Source: Ostreococcus lucimarinus (taxonomy: Eukaryota). From it: DNA of 64,000 nt. Shown here in pieces: positions 11,386 to 23,600 of this stretch. The DNA lies in assembly GCA_000092065.1 (NCBI GenBank), contig CP000582.1. One strand, 5' to 3'. Position 1 is the first letter of the stretch. The number at the start of each line of letters is the position of its first letter. The position numbers and the translations under genes are program-made. Below the pieces are notes generated by a model. That model had not been told where the DNA came from, did not search any database, and saw only the letters and a list, made by a program, of their open reading frames with translations.

Positions 11386-11910
11386 ATGTTGATCGCGCGG
11401 GGTGCATTTTTCGGGTTTGCGGGTGCGACATTTTGTCTAGTACTATCATGTACGTCTACAATCGTGCTTTGATTTGATAACGAAACTTACTAATACTTCT
11501 GACGCCTAGGTTTGGGTGCTGCGTATGGTACGTCGCAAGCTGGGATCGGGCTGTGCAGAGGATCCGCAAAACGTCCGTCCGTCACTATAAAAGCGATAAT
11601 ACCAGTTGCCATGGCTGGTGTTCGAGGGATTTATGGACTAGTTCTGAGCATAATCATCTTAGCAAGTGCTACAAGTGCTGGGGAAAGCTACTCTGAATTC
11701 AGTGGTCTACTGCATCTATGTGCAGGCGTTTGTTGTGGTATGGCGCAGTTCGCGAGCGGAATTACAGTTGGAGTAATCGGTGAGAGCTCAACGCAAGCTA
11801 TTGTCACAAGACCAAGGCTGTTTGCACCCGCCATTTTGATTCTCATTTTCTCCGAAGCTCTTGCACTGTATGGACTGATTTCTGGTATGATTCTTGTGCA
11901 AACTAGCTAG
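11386..11910 (+). CDS. VMA3: V-type H+-ATPase 16-kDa proteolipid subunit c. Two exons, 11386..11434 and 11510..11910, with a 75-nt intron.
   Basis: Spliced product is [32 protein letters not shown]...AIIPVAMAGVRGIYGLVLSIIIL...AGVCCGMAQFASGITVGVIGESSTQAIVTRPRLFAPAILILIFSEALALYGLISGMILV. This is collinear with V-ATPase c ([27 protein letters not shown]...) and includes the essential TM4 Glu in IFSEALALYGLI. The donor GT at 11435 splits the Cys codon (t|gt). Confidence 0.85.
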
Positions 11911-12032
11911 CAAAATGAAATGCAGCAGCGCGGCATTATACGGAAGTGCGAGGAAACGCTTTCAACTAAATCACTGCAGACTAGTCGTCCCCTGATCTTG
12001 CATGCTTAGATTCTGCATACTTGACGGCACGT

Positions 12033-13901
12033 CTATTTGCTACTAGACGAAAGCTCTTCACTCAACTCATCTTTACTTATAAAACGTGCCACGGCTGCAA
12101 ATCTTAACAAGCTTGGCGTTGCCCGAAAAAGTGTAGGTGTAAAAATCAGACTTAGGGCTGTAGTTCCGAGGAGTAGAAGATAGAGCTTTCTCTCAACAAG
12201 GTTTGCACCAGAGGCTCTTGAAAGCAAAACGAAAGACAATTCACCCACTTGTGCGAGAGATACCCCAACTGTAAAACTAGTGTACAAATTATACCCGAAC
12301 GCCCGCACTACTACTGCGATCAAAGTTGTCTTAAATATAATTACGGCGAAAACTGACATGACCAGCACGTCCAAGTGTAACCATAGGAAATATGGGTTCA
12401 TGATAAGTCCAATCGATGTTAGAAAAAGCGCCGTAAAGATGTTACGAAAGGGTTCGAGACTATGGAGCGTCTGATCGGCGTAAGGCGTCGCCGACACCGC
12501 GACGCCAGCGACGAAAGCACCCAGTTCCATGGAAAGTCCTAGACGCTCCGAGGCACAGGCTACGATCAAGCAAAACGCAACACCCGTTAATTGATAACTC
12601 TCGTCACTGTGAGCTGCTACGAATCTGAATATTCGTTTAGTGATAATTCCAGAAAGGAGTGTAAATACTAGCACAAATATTATCATCTTCACAACAACGC
12701 CCGCAAAGCTCCAAAGTGTGGAGCCCTGGCTACTAGCAAGAACTGGTATAAGTGCGAACAACAAGCCTATAGTGCAGTCCTGCAAAATCAATGTCCCCAT
12801 TGTGATTTGTCCACAGAGCGTTCGGAGATTGTCTCTTTCTATCAAACACTTACCGACGACAGCTGTCGAACTCACGGAGAGAAAGGCACCGACAAATATT
12901 CCTTCTTTGGCAGATGCACCGGCAAAGTCACTCACTACACCGCAAACGAGCATCGAAAGAAGCATTTGAAGAAACCCACCATATACGGCCACACTTTGCA
13001 CTTGTCGAAGTTTCGTGATGTCAAACTCTAGACCAAGGCCAAACAGAAGAAAAATTATACCAAATTGGGCAAAGGTCTCAACTTGAACTAGTTCTACTAT
13101 CATGCCAAACCCACCAGGACCAACTAGTGAACCCGCAACAAGATAACCGGTGATTAGCGGCTGTTGTAAAAGGGCAAACAAAGAACCACCAGCAGCAGCT
13201 GAGCAGAGCATAATGACAAGGTCATTTATAAGTCTTAAATCTTGTTGTAGTTCCATCGTTCCCCGCTTTGGATTGGATATCACGAACTCGTTGTCGGCGG
13301 CATCGACTAAGCGGTCAACGTCTTCGGAGTTTTCCTTGTTCGCTCCAAACGCACGATCTATATCGCGTTTAACACCGACGAGCTGCGTCAGCAACGTGGT
13401 TTCTCTTCTGTTTGCCTGTTGACTATCTTCTGCCCCCTCCATACTCAACTGTTCCAGAGCTTTTTCTGCCTGGATATGTGTCTTTGTTTCTCCAACTGTT
13501 GCTTCATTTCGTTGTGTTGATACGCTCTCCACAACTTTATGAGATGCGTCGTCCTTCAGGTCTCTGGTGGCATCGTCAGAAGGTTCCGTAGCTACTTCTC
13601 CTCCGCGTGGCCTGTGAAGTCTAATGACAGTCTCCAGTGTTCCGCCTTCACTTCGAACGGTATTACTGAAACTTCTCCCTGCACCAGTTGCTGTTCCATG
13701 TACCGCCGTCTCCTCGTCTTCGAACTCTTTTTGTAAAAGTGTGTTGAATTGGGCCGCGATAGTCTTGTTGAAGACTCGCTCCTTGTCGGTATCCGCGGCA
13801 GCGAGTTCACTGTCCAGCAACTGACGGGCAAACGTACCACGTCCGTGTGCGCACGCCGGAAGCACTAGTACGACGATGAAACACAAACGCCAACATTGCA
13901 T
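12033..13901 (-). CDS. Cation/H+ antiporter of the CPA2 (Kef/KEA, TMCO3-like) family with signal peptide and N-terminal coiled-coil region
   Basis: A single ORF. The C-terminal two thirds is a Na+/H+-exchanger-type membrane domain (LVAGSLVGPGGFGMIVE...FGLGLEFD...GAFLSVSSTAVVGKCL...). The N-terminal about 300 aa are charged and coiled-coil, as in TMCO3. The best start candidate is ATG at 13901 (MQCWRLCFIVVLVLPACAHG, a signal peptide). The track ORF extends to 14198 through probable 5' leader. Confidence 0.8.
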   Translation of the reverse strand: MQCWRLCFIVVLVLPACAHGRGTFARQLLDSELAAADTDKERVFNKTIAAQFNTLLQKEFEDEETAVHGTATGAGRSFSNTVRSEGGTLETVIRLHRPRGGEVATEPSDDATRDLKDDASHKVVESVSTQRNEATVGETKTHIQAEKALEQLSMEGAEDSQQANRRETTLLTQLVGVKRDIDRAFGANKENSEDVDRLVDAADNEFVISNPKRGTMELQQDLRLINDLVIMLCSAAAGGSLFALLQQPLITGYLVAGSLVGPGGFGMIVELVQVETFAQFGIIFLLFGLGLEFDITKLRQVQSVAVYGGFLQMLLSMLVCGVVSDFAGASAKEGIFVGAFLSVSSTAVVGKCLIERDNLRTLCGQITMGTLILQDCTIGLLFALIPVLASSQGSTLWSFAGVVVKMIIFVLVFTLLSGIITKRIFRFVAAHSDESYQLTGVAFCLIVACASERLGLSMELGAFVAGVAVSATPYADQTLHSLEPFRNIFTALFLTSIGLIMNPYFLWLHLDVLVMSVFAVIIFKTTLIAVVVRAFGYNLYTSFTVGVSLAQVGELSFVLLSRASGANLVERKLYLLLLGTTALSLIFTPTLFRATPSLLRFAAVARFISKDELSEELSSSSK

Positions 13902-14231
13902 GCTGCAAGCACGACTGTGCGCAGCGCTCGAGCGTGCAATTATTCCGCGGAAACCTGAACGACACAAGCGATCGTCGAAATTTTCGACTCGGAGACGAAA
14001 GTAGATTTTCCACAGAGAAAAATATAGAGACAAGTGAGCCATTAACATTATACTAGTATAAAATCCGCGAAATATAGCATAATTCCGCGTAATATATGAA
14101 AATCTATATCTACGTGAACCATGATCGCACCCTTTCCTTTCGCAAGAAAACCTTGGTACATTTAGATCATGATATACATCGGCGGCCTTCACACCCACGC
14201 CTTGTGTGAAACATAGGTAATTCTTTTACAC

Positions 14232-15197
14232 ATGATCGTACGCTGCCACGGTCCGCCAGCGTCACGTGTATTCTCACGACTTGGACGTATTCGTACGGCT
14301 CGAACGAGGACGGCTTTGAAGGGAGTAAGAGCCTTAGACGCGGCGCAGCCTTTTGACGGCGAGAACAAGCAACGGATGAGGGAACATAAAATAAAGTTGA
14401 AAATTGGCATTATAGGCTTCGGCAACTTCGGGCAATTTCTTTCGAAGCACTTCGTCGATCAAGGACATACAGTGATAGCTACATCGCGAGGCAACTATTC
14501 AGACATAGCCAAAGATCTGCGAGTTAGATTCTACCGAGATGCCGATGACTTTTGTGAGGAGCATCCAGACGTTGTGGTTGTCTGCACGAGTATACTGTCT
14601 ACTGACGCGACTCTGAGGAACTTCCCTCTACAGAGACTCAAAAGAAGTACTCTTTTTTGTGATGTGCTATCAGTGAAACAGTTTCCAAAGCAACTTTTCC
14701 AGCAACTCTTACCACCTGATTTTGATATATTGTGCTTGCACCCGATGTTTGGTCCGGATAGCGGCAAGCACGGTTGGAGAGACTTGCCTCTCGTTTTCGA
14801 TAAGGTTCGAATTGGGACCGAACCTTGCAGAGAAGAACGCTGCGCGAGACTCCTTGGAATTTTTGAGGCTGCTGGCTGTCGAATGGTGGAGATGTCGTGT
14901 GAAGAACATGATCGCCAAGCGGCCTCTTCTCAGTTCATAACCCATACAGTGGGCCGAATGCTCGGTACGATGGAGCTTACAGAAACAACGATTAGCACGA
15001 AGGGTTTTGAATCACTCCTATCACTTGTCGACAATACCTACAACGATTCGTTTGAACTCTATTATGGGTTATTCATGTATAACAAAAATGCAACTGCTGA
15101 GCTTTCTCGACTTGAGCTTGCATTTACAAAAGTGAAGGGTGAGTTATTCGATCGTCTGCATGAACGCATACGAAACGATATATTTGAGGAAAGTTGA
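14232..15197 (+). CDS. TYRA: Arogenate/prephenate dehydrogenase (TyrA family), NAD(P)-dependent, with a possible N-terminal targeting extension
   Basis: A 321-aa ORF with a Rossmann motif (KIGIIGFGNFGQFL) and TyrA catalytic-region motifs (HPMFGPDSG, SQFITHTVGRMLG). An alternative internal start is at MREHKIKL (about 14376). Its stop at 15197 lies 17 bp from the convergent IleRS stop at 15215. Confidence 0.8.
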   Translation: MIVRCHGPPASRVFSRLGRIRTARTRTALKGVRALDAAQPFDGENKQRMREHKIKLKIGIIGFGNFGQFLSKHFVDQGHTVIATSRGNYSDIAKDLRVRFYRDADDFCEEHPDVVVVCTSILSTDATLRNFPLQRLKRSTLFCDVLSVKQFPKQLFQQLLPPDFDILCLHPMFGPDSGKHGWRDLPLVFDKVRIGTEPCREERCARLLGIFEAAGCRMVEMSCEEHDRQAASSQFITHTVGRMLGTMELTETTISTKGFESLLSLVDNTYNDSFELYYGLFMYNKNATAELSRLELAFTKVKGELFDRLHERIRNDIFEES

Positions 15198-15214
15198 GAG
15201 GATTTGCATATTAT

Positions 15215-18200
15215 TTAACACTGGCGATCGCTCCAAGAGAGACAAACCGTTGCTCCATTGAGGGAAATGTCTTTCATTTCACCGCGAAATAATTCGCCAG
15301 CGACAGTGCAGTATTCACGTGCACTTAAAATAGCCTCGATCTCGTCCACTTTCGAAGAACCTTGCACACTGACACTATCCATTTTGATCTTTGGTCGAAC
15401 AACGCTTATATTCATACAAAGTGCCGATGATATCTCAAAATTGTCCCGGCCAAACACAACGTGTCCGTCATCTTTCTCTATGGTTGGTATGCAACCTAGA
15501 GACTTAGAAATATAGTCACCTTGAGAGTCCAGCATTTGGTGGATGAATTCTTCGTCGCCGTCTCCCGTAATAGTGTAAAGCACTTGAACTTGATCGTTTG
15601 TACGAAGTCCAGCACTTTTACGTAGCTTTTGGACACGGTTCACAAGCAGGCGAGCAGATGCTGAGAACAAAATAGAACTGTCGACGCTTAGATCCAGTAT
15701 GACCATACCTCCATCGTCCACTGTAGCATAAGCTACGTTAGCATCCTCTTGATGATTGAAATGATACTTAACGATGATATCCGAAGAAGTAAGTTCATGA
15801 CCTGCAATTACGGTTGACTTGCCACTCTGAAAAGTCGCAATTTTGAACGGATCCCATGATTTGATTTCTTGTGAAATTTCTTTCATGGACTTGCCTACTC
15901 GTTTACCCAACGCGGCAAAATTAGGTTCGGCTTTTAGCGTCGCAAACTTTGCCGGGTCGGAGCTCACCTCCACACGTCTCACATTCAGCTCATCTCTCAA
16001 GTATGATAGAAGTGCGTTCTGCGAGTCCTCAAGAAACTCAGTGTCAGAGTCGACAATCGTTATTGCTGATAAAGGCATTTTCAGTGGCTTTCCGGTACGT
16101 TCGCGTACAGCTCGAACGGTCTCTATCACAGCCTGCATCTTTGAGACGGAGCTCTCGATGCGAGGGGAGGAGCTTTGATTGAACCGAGGGAATTCACAGA
16201 GGTGAATACTTTCCTCTGATTCTGGCAGACAACGGCGTAAGTTCTGGTACATATTTTCCACAAAGAAAGGTGTGAACGGAGCCATTGTCTTGCATATAGT
16301 GAGAAGGACGTTGAACAACACGTCCAGGGCACATCTTGACTCGTCCCCGCCGTCTTTTCCTTTCAACCTACCCCGGTTGTAACGAACGTATACATTAGTC
16401 AACTGACTTATAAAAGAAATCAGCCTTGGCACAACGGTGTACAACCTGTAGCTATGCATCTCTTCGGTGACAAATTGTACGAGCGAGTTGGTTGAAGACA
16501 GTATCCATATATCGAGCACGTTTTTTGACGTCGGCTCTCCTTCACTCGGTGTAAAAGGGATCGATGCGGTTTCCTCAAGAAGACGAACGTTTTGCACGAG
16601 AAAGCGATACGCATTGTACCAAGGTAAGAAGACATCCTTCAAGACTCCAAAAACACCCTCCTCTTTGAACCTGAGAGGTTCAGCTCGCACAACAGGACTA
16701 TCAATCAGATATAAGCGAAGAGCATCTGCTCCGTACTTGTCTAAGATGGTGTTCGGATCAGGATAATTCTTCAGTGACTTGGACATCTTCTTCCCGTCTG
16801 AAGCCAGTACCAGACCATTGCAAATCAAATTTTTAAACGCAGGTTTGTCGAACAAAGCAGTTGAAAGCACCATCAGAGTATAGAACCAACCTCGGGTCTG
16901 ATCTAGACCCTCTGCTACAAAGTCTGCTGGAAAAGCGCTTTCAAACCTTTCTTTATTCTCAAACGGATAGTGTTGTTGGGCATATGGCATACTTCCACTT
17001 TCGAACCAACAATCAAAAACATCTTCGACGCGACGAAGTGGTGGGAACTCTGGACCGCGACTCGATGGTATTTCAAGATGGTCAATGAAATGACGATGTA
17101 AGTCGGTCACAACTTTCCCAGTTAGTTTCTCAAGCTCTGCAATTGAACCCACCACAATAGTCTCATCACCAGATGGAGAGGACCACACAGGTATGGGTGT
17201 CCCCCAATATCGATTTCTAGATATTGACCAATCATGTGCACTTTCAAGCCAGTTGTGGAAACGTTTTTCTTTCACGTATGTCGGCACCCACTCAGTTTGC
17301 AAATTGTTTGCGACAAGTCGCTCTTTGATCTCCTCTACTTTCACAAAAAACGAGGCCACTGCCCTGTAGATGAGAGGCGTTCTTGAACGCCAGCAGAAAG
17401 GGTAAGAGTGCACAATTCTCGCATTATCAATCAGACGACCACATTCTTTCGCCTGCTGAATTAGTAGTTTATCAGCATCTTTGATGTACATGCCTATGTA
17501 CGGTTGGGCCGCTGGTTCCATAAAACACCCATTCGCATCCACCGGGTCAGGAAGCGCGTCATCTTTTTGGAGAACATTATTTTCAATGCACACACGATAA
17601 TCATCTTCACCATACGCGGGAGCTTGATGCACAACACCCGTCCCTGAGTCATCTGTCACATAAGAATCACAACACACAGTGAACGCTTTTGGTCCCAAAG
17701 AACCCTCAAACCAGTCAAATATCGGTTTATACTTCAAACCTGAAAGTGAACGACCACTGACTGATTTTAAAATGCACCACTCATCGTTTAGAACCTTAGT
17801 AATTCCCTTGCTTTTTTTTGTTGCATGAGGTAAGCTTTCCATGCGAGCCTCGGCCACGATATAAACATTGCCTTCTGGGTCCTTAAGGTAAACGTATTGT
17901 AATTCTGGATTGACACATAGCGCTGTGTTTGACGGAAGCGTCCATGGAGTTGTTGTCCACGCTACAAGCGACGCTCCAAGTTCACAGCCAACGACTGGAA
18001 ACGCAATCTGCGCAGAATATGATTTCACAATACCAAGCTGAAATAGACGAGCTTACCATAACCGCTGGGTCAGACACATCTCTGTAGTCCAGGCCAGCCT
18101 CAAAGTTTGATAGGGGGGTGTTACAGGCAGTAGAATATGGCATAACTTTAAATCCCTTGTAAATCTACCGAAGCGTTTTAAAAATGGGCTACATCATCAC

Positions 18201-18992
18201 GTGAAGGAAGTTAATACCAGTTTTTTATCGTCCAATGACTTGAAAACCCACCATATGCTTTCCTGCGCAACGCAATAAGAACATGCTACTTGTACTACCA
18301 GAAGACGTACCATGAAGTTTGGATCCATCGTTTTGTAATCATTTTCGAAGTCGATCCATCGGCCTATTCTTTTAACTGTTTTCTCCCACTCTGCAGAATA
18401 CCGAAGGACAATACTTCTACACTCTTCGTTGTAGTTTCCGATACCCATTTTAAGAACGTCTTCTCTCCCACCAATTTCTGAAATTTGACAGTGTGAATAC
18501 GATGTTCGTATTTTCAGAAACAAACGCACTTAATTTTTTGTCTATCTCATGCTCCACCGGTAGGCCGTGGCAGTCCCAGCCGAAGCGTCTCACGACGTGC
18601 TTCCCAGTTGTAGATGCAAATCGGGTCACGATATCCTATAATCGGATGAAACTGCTGTCGAACACGTCCCAAGCAACACAAACCTTGATGGTACCCGCCA
18701 AAAGGTGGCCATAGTGAGGAAGACCAGTCGCAAACGGAGGACCATCGTAGAAGACAAACCTGTAGAAATCAGTCAAGCAGTTGAAGTTTGAGAGGAGAAC
18801 GAGACTTACTCGGGTTTGCCCTCAGTGCGGCGTAGCTGTTCGCCAAACGCATCAATGTCGTCCCATAGTTTCAAGATGCGTAGCTCCTACGTCGAGTGCG
18901 TGAATTTGGCGCAGTTTACAGCGTTTCGTTGGGTCTCGCACTTCGTCGGGAAAAGAGTATTGCTGCCCTTCGACGACCTCATATAACGTCAT
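15215..18992 (-). CDS. IARS1: Isoleucyl-tRNA synthetase (cytoplasmic type), 8 exons: 18942..18992, 18810..18886, 18684..18759, 18530..18635, 18311..18477, 18218..18262, 18057..18164, 15215..18007. About 1140 aa.
   Basis: Spliced N-terminus is [17 protein letters not shown] / [26 protein letters not shown] / [25 protein letters not shown] (the HIGH motif) / [36 protein letters not shown] / [55 protein letters not shown] / [15 protein letters not shown] / [36 protein letters not shown] / [11 protein letters not shown]... followed by the KMSKS motif (KMSKSLKN) in the 2.8-kb terminal exon. Seven introns of 48-55 nt (GTGCGA, GTAAGT, GTTTGT, GTGCGT, GTACGT, GTATTA, GTAAGC donors) are all phase-consistent. 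Confidence 0.9.
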
Positions 18993-19347
18993 TCTGGGCG
19001 ATGACGCAGAAAGCTCCTTTGAAAGCTGCTGTCGAAGTTTTCGTCGTCTTGAAGCCGTGCCGCTTCGTGAGGAGGGCTTTGTGTACACCGCGTTGAGGTT
19101 TTGGCCCTTCCGAGGTATTTATTACTGTTCGTATTTTTCGACTTGTAGCCACAAATCTACATGGTATAGCCTGAAAACGCCATCATGAAAAAACAACATC
19201 CTTCGTACTTACACAGAAAATCCATCTTCTTCACCCACACACCGCGAACTAACTATAGTAACTAGTACAGTACAGATCTACCTGTTCTGTGCCTGTAACA
19301 CGCGCGCGCCCGCCGCCACACCTGTCGTCAGCGAGGGACGACGAGCT

Positions 19348-20532
19348 ATGGGCGATACGAGCATGGTGCTGGAGCGCGCATCGCAAGATTTGATGAAACT
19401 AGAACTCGCTGGTATCATCACACCGCAGGAACGTAAGCATATATTTTCAACGCGCTCCAAACATGAGAATTCGCTGGCACGGCAGCGTGGTTCCAGTGAA
19501 CGCGCTTTTCTTGCATACAGTTCGTATGAGCTCGCTCTTGAGACTACGCTGCGGCTACGAATGAGAAAGAGCCGACATCACGCTCTCGCATCGACAGTCC
19601 AACAGCACGTACGCCGAGTCCTGGGTCGCGCTGTTCGTCAAAATACTTCGAGCCTTCATCTCTGGTACGTATTTGTACAGTACTGCGAGAAGCATGGTAG
19701 CAACAAATTATTATCTCGTGTGCTTGCGAAAGCGCTGAGATATCACACCGACAGCGTTGGACTTTGGTTGTATGCCGCAACCTTCGAGTTTCAGAAAAAC
19801 CTCAATGTGAATGCTGCTCGAGCTATCTTGCAACGTGCGCTGCGAAACTGCGCCGAAAAAGGCGACATCTGGTTAGCTTACTTCAAGATGGAAATTATGT
19901 ATGCGAACGTCATCAAGTCTCGGAAAGCGGCGCTACTATCCCAAAGTTTGACCGAAGCGACTGAGAGTAGCAAGGGTGGGATCCAACTGAAGGTTGAAGA
20001 TGGCGCGATTGCATTTCTGGTCTTTCACAAGGGCGCGTCTCAACAAGAACGAGATTCAAACTTGTGCCTGAGGATGCTCTGTGCTGCCATGGGCCTACAT
20101 CACGCTAGTACACTAATCGAGCGCATGCTCGCATCACGCATAGCATACGAGCAAGAGACAGCTACGGTAGCAAATTTTATTCTTCATAAGAAACGAACTC
20201 GTGCTACTTATCGCAGCTTGCATAAGTTGCTTAGTACGCGCGACGTATCAGCGCACATGGTGAACCAACTTCATGCCCTCCGGCGGACCCTGGAAGAATC
20301 TGAACTCAGCACCAGTACCTGGAGTAAATTATCTTTCCTATTAAAACGTGTCCATTATTCGGTGGAAGAAAAAGCCTTGCAAATGTTGAACAAGGCGCTC
20401 GTACTGCATTCGCTTGGTGTGGACACAAGATTTTCAAAGAGGCAGGGCGCACACGCAATGATAACATGTTTCAACTTTGAAGAACACGAATTTCTACAAA
20501 AAGGGCACTTTTTCAGTGCCCGAATGTATTGA
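19348..20532 (+). CDS. UTP6: U3 snoRNP / SSU-processome protein UTP6 (HAT-repeat protein)
   Basis: A 394-aa ORF. Its N-terminus LERASQDLMKLELAGIITPQERKHIFSTRSKHENSLARQRGSSERAFLAYSSYELALETTLRLR is collinear with yeast Utp6 ([47 protein letters not shown]). It is followed by HAT repeats (LWYVFVQYCEKHG, LWLYAATFEF, DIWLAYFKMEIMY). Confidence 0.7.
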   Translation: MGDTSMVLERASQDLMKLELAGIITPQERKHIFSTRSKHENSLARQRGSSERAFLAYSSYELALETTLRLRMRKSRHHALASTVQQHVRRVLGRAVRQNTSSLHLWYVFVQYCEKHGSNKLLSRVLAKALRYHTDSVGLWLYAATFEFQKNLNVNAARAILQRALRNCAEKGDIWLAYFKMEIMYANVIKSRKAALLSQSLTEATESSKGGIQLKVEDGAIAFLVFHKGASQQERDSNLCLRMLCAAMGLHHASTLIERMLASRIAYEQETATVANFILHKKRTRATYRSLHKLLSTRDVSAHMVNQLHALRRTLEESELSTSTWSKLSFLLKRVHYSVEEKALQMLNKALVLHSLGVDTRFSKRQGAHAMITCFNFEEHEFLQKGHFFSARMY

Positions 20533-20625
20533 CTCATAAATAACCACCGCTTATACCTACCATCTGAAACAGAATCACATTGCAGAAGTTGGAAAATAAG
20601 AGTCGTGCAGTCACGTGTTACCAGT

Positions 20626-23600
20626 TCAACATCGGTACTTCAGTTCCTGTGTTCGACATATCGATGTGGGTACTCCGTAAATTATGGGTGCCGCTCCAAC
20701 AAGGTACTTTAGCTGACACGCGTATCGTGCAACTCGTACAGCATCACTCGCACATTGGAACTCCGGAGATTCGTTCATAGAGTACGATAACCACTGCTCT
20801 AGCAATCGCGAAGAGAACCTATCAATGTCGCGATCAGTGACGTCCCACATATTAGCTATCACGATGGGAGCGCCAGCAAGTAGATATAGCATAGAGATAC
20901 TAGATAGTGATGAACACTCCATAATATCATATACACCACTCGAACAGCCCATTAATACCGTTGCAGTACAAATTGAAGCATCCTGGAAGGAGCCCGTCTT
21001 CAAAATATCTTGTCCTCCACCATGACCGAAATAAAGGTAGAAATCAAAGCTCTGGAGTGATTGGATCAATTCACTTGCGGTAGGCGACGTTCCGCTGACA
21101 CCATCCCACCCTGCTTTTGTCAGCAAAGGTTCAAGCTGTTGCTGTGTGCCGAGTAGATCGCCAGTCGGATTCAAAACAAAAAAAGTACTACTAATATTCT
21201 TTGCATGTCTTGTGTTGCTCTGGAAATCAGCGATACTTTGAGCGATAGCAACTGAGGGCGTTCTATATATGCGCTGATTATTTAAAGAATCAAGAGATTC
21301 CCAGGTGAAATGTCGCGTGACATCGTCAAGTGAAACAATGACAGCACTCCGCTGCAAAAAGCAACCAGCATTTGTCAGAGAAGTAGTTCTCTTCAGTTCA
21401 GCCAGATATTTCCGCGCAAAAGTGACCATGTCAGCAACATGTTCGCACGTGGATATTTTCTGTAACACGCTTTGTTTATCAGAAGATAAAACTAGGCACA
21501 CTGGAGCTGATTTATGTTCGCATGGATTCAACAGAAGAGACGAAAGTGCGAGCCTGAACTCGTCGTCTGTCATGCAATCTAAGCCATGGATAAGTAGCCG
21601 GAGCAGCTGCGAAGCTGATGCAACAAGCTGTAAATCTAGCTTTGATGCAAGAATCCGAAGTCTAGACATGAGTTCATCGTATAAATCTCGAAGTTGTTGT
21701 TGTTGCTGCAGCACTAAATCACCAAGTAATAGAACCCTCCACGCACCAAGTACGTCTATGTCAAGTTGAGAAAGTATCTTGCGGAGGCTAGCATCAAGTT
21801 GAAGTCGCTTTTCCCACCAGACAATTTTTGAACTTCTGCTGTCCACCGAAGTAGGTAGATTTTTCTGTTCTTTGATGATCCGTGAAAAGTTATGAAATAT
21901 TTCGCTAAGAAATGGGTTGGCGATTTGAACACAAAGCGCAGATCCGTCGACGCCACTTACTCTGGAGATGATCAGTTTGTCGCGGCGATTATCGTTGTCG
22001 GTGTGAGTGCACTTCACTATCCCTATTGTCAGCACCGGTGAACCCGTGATCGCTGTCTGTCGACATTTTTCTCCCAAGGCATTGTCTACACCAGCAAGTT
22101 CAGCGATTTCTTCACGAGATACTTGAAGACACTGGACTGCAGACGCAAACTGAGGAAATTGATCGCATTTCATCTTTCTCATCTTCCGAACGAAAGCCTC
22201 GTCGCACTGTAGCCACTTGACGGTTTTGAGCGTCAGTAAAGCTAGATACTGACTCCTTGTGACTGCTCCGTAGCAAGTTTGTAATCCGCTTGCTACTTTA
22301 CAGGGACTTTGTGTGTGATCAGAAATCATCAACGACAGAAGTCTCGACTGTAGTTCCCAAAGGATGATAGGAGTGTCACGACATCGCCATAACAGCTCCA
22401 TTACTTTGTTTCTCATTTCTATGGACATGCACACTGCGGGAGAGCGTGAATCCAAGCCCGGGCGAGGCATATCAAGTGGAAGGACTATTGAAAAGTCAAG
22501 CTTCAGTTCACATGAAAGTGAGAGAGCAACCAAAATTGGCTCATAATTCCGACAATCTTTCAACAGAGCCCCCAGGAGTGAAAATGATGTATCTGTATCT
22601 GGATCGTCCGAAGGTGTTAGAACTCCAAGATATAATAGCCTCGCATAAATTGAGCGAAAAGGACCCAACAACGAGGCACAAAGTGAGTGTTGTAAATGGT
22701 CAACATGCGCATTCACCTGACACCCACGTGACTCTGCCCTTCTATGCACAACGGCAGATATTTCGGCTATGGTTTCTCTAACTCGTGATATGTTCGTACC
22801 ACGAAACTCGGACTTATGCTCGTTTTCACAACACGAGCACTCTATGATTGAAGATAAAACCTTCGCATACACGTCCATCCTGGTATCGAAGATACTTTCT
22901 TGCGTTCTTCGGAAAAGGGCTCCATCGATAACCTCATGATAAGTCAAAAGCTCATCTCTAGCTTCTGTCAACCTTCCAAGTCGTTGATAAGTACCCGCCT
23001 TGCGTAAGTGTACAGCTCCTTGCAACGCATGCGAGCATACTCGGCGAGATAATTTCAAAGCTTCATCAAATGCGTGCAGGCTGGAAGACACCATGCCTAT
23101 CTCAGCGCAGATAGTTGCTTTCGTGCAGAGCGCTGATATGTAAGTCCCGACCACAAAAAAGTAGGAAACTTTTGGATCACATATACTTGCTTCTCCAGTT
23201 ACCTCTTTCACCGAGTCATGGTAGGAGCTGAGGCAATTTCGCAGGGAAGAAAGAGCAATTTCCACATAAGAGAATGCCTCGCTAATATGTCCTCTTTCTG
23301 CAGCAACACCTGCTAGAAGAAGTTTGGATCTCCCCTGATGAGCGCTACACGTTTTGGATATGCGTCTCTGCCACGGACGATGTCTATGAAGCGATAGTAG
23401 TAGACATGGCGCCGGAATTGGTGCCAGAAGAATAGCAGCAACATGGCTTGTTGTCTCCGGACAAATGAAATGTCTTAGCCTGTTTGATAAATGAGTAGAA
23501 CCTAAGGTATTCAACTTCTCGCAAATGTCTTGTATAGCTTCGAACATGCGTCGAACACCGTCTGAACTTTTTGCATTCAAGTGCTCTTCAAACACGCGAC

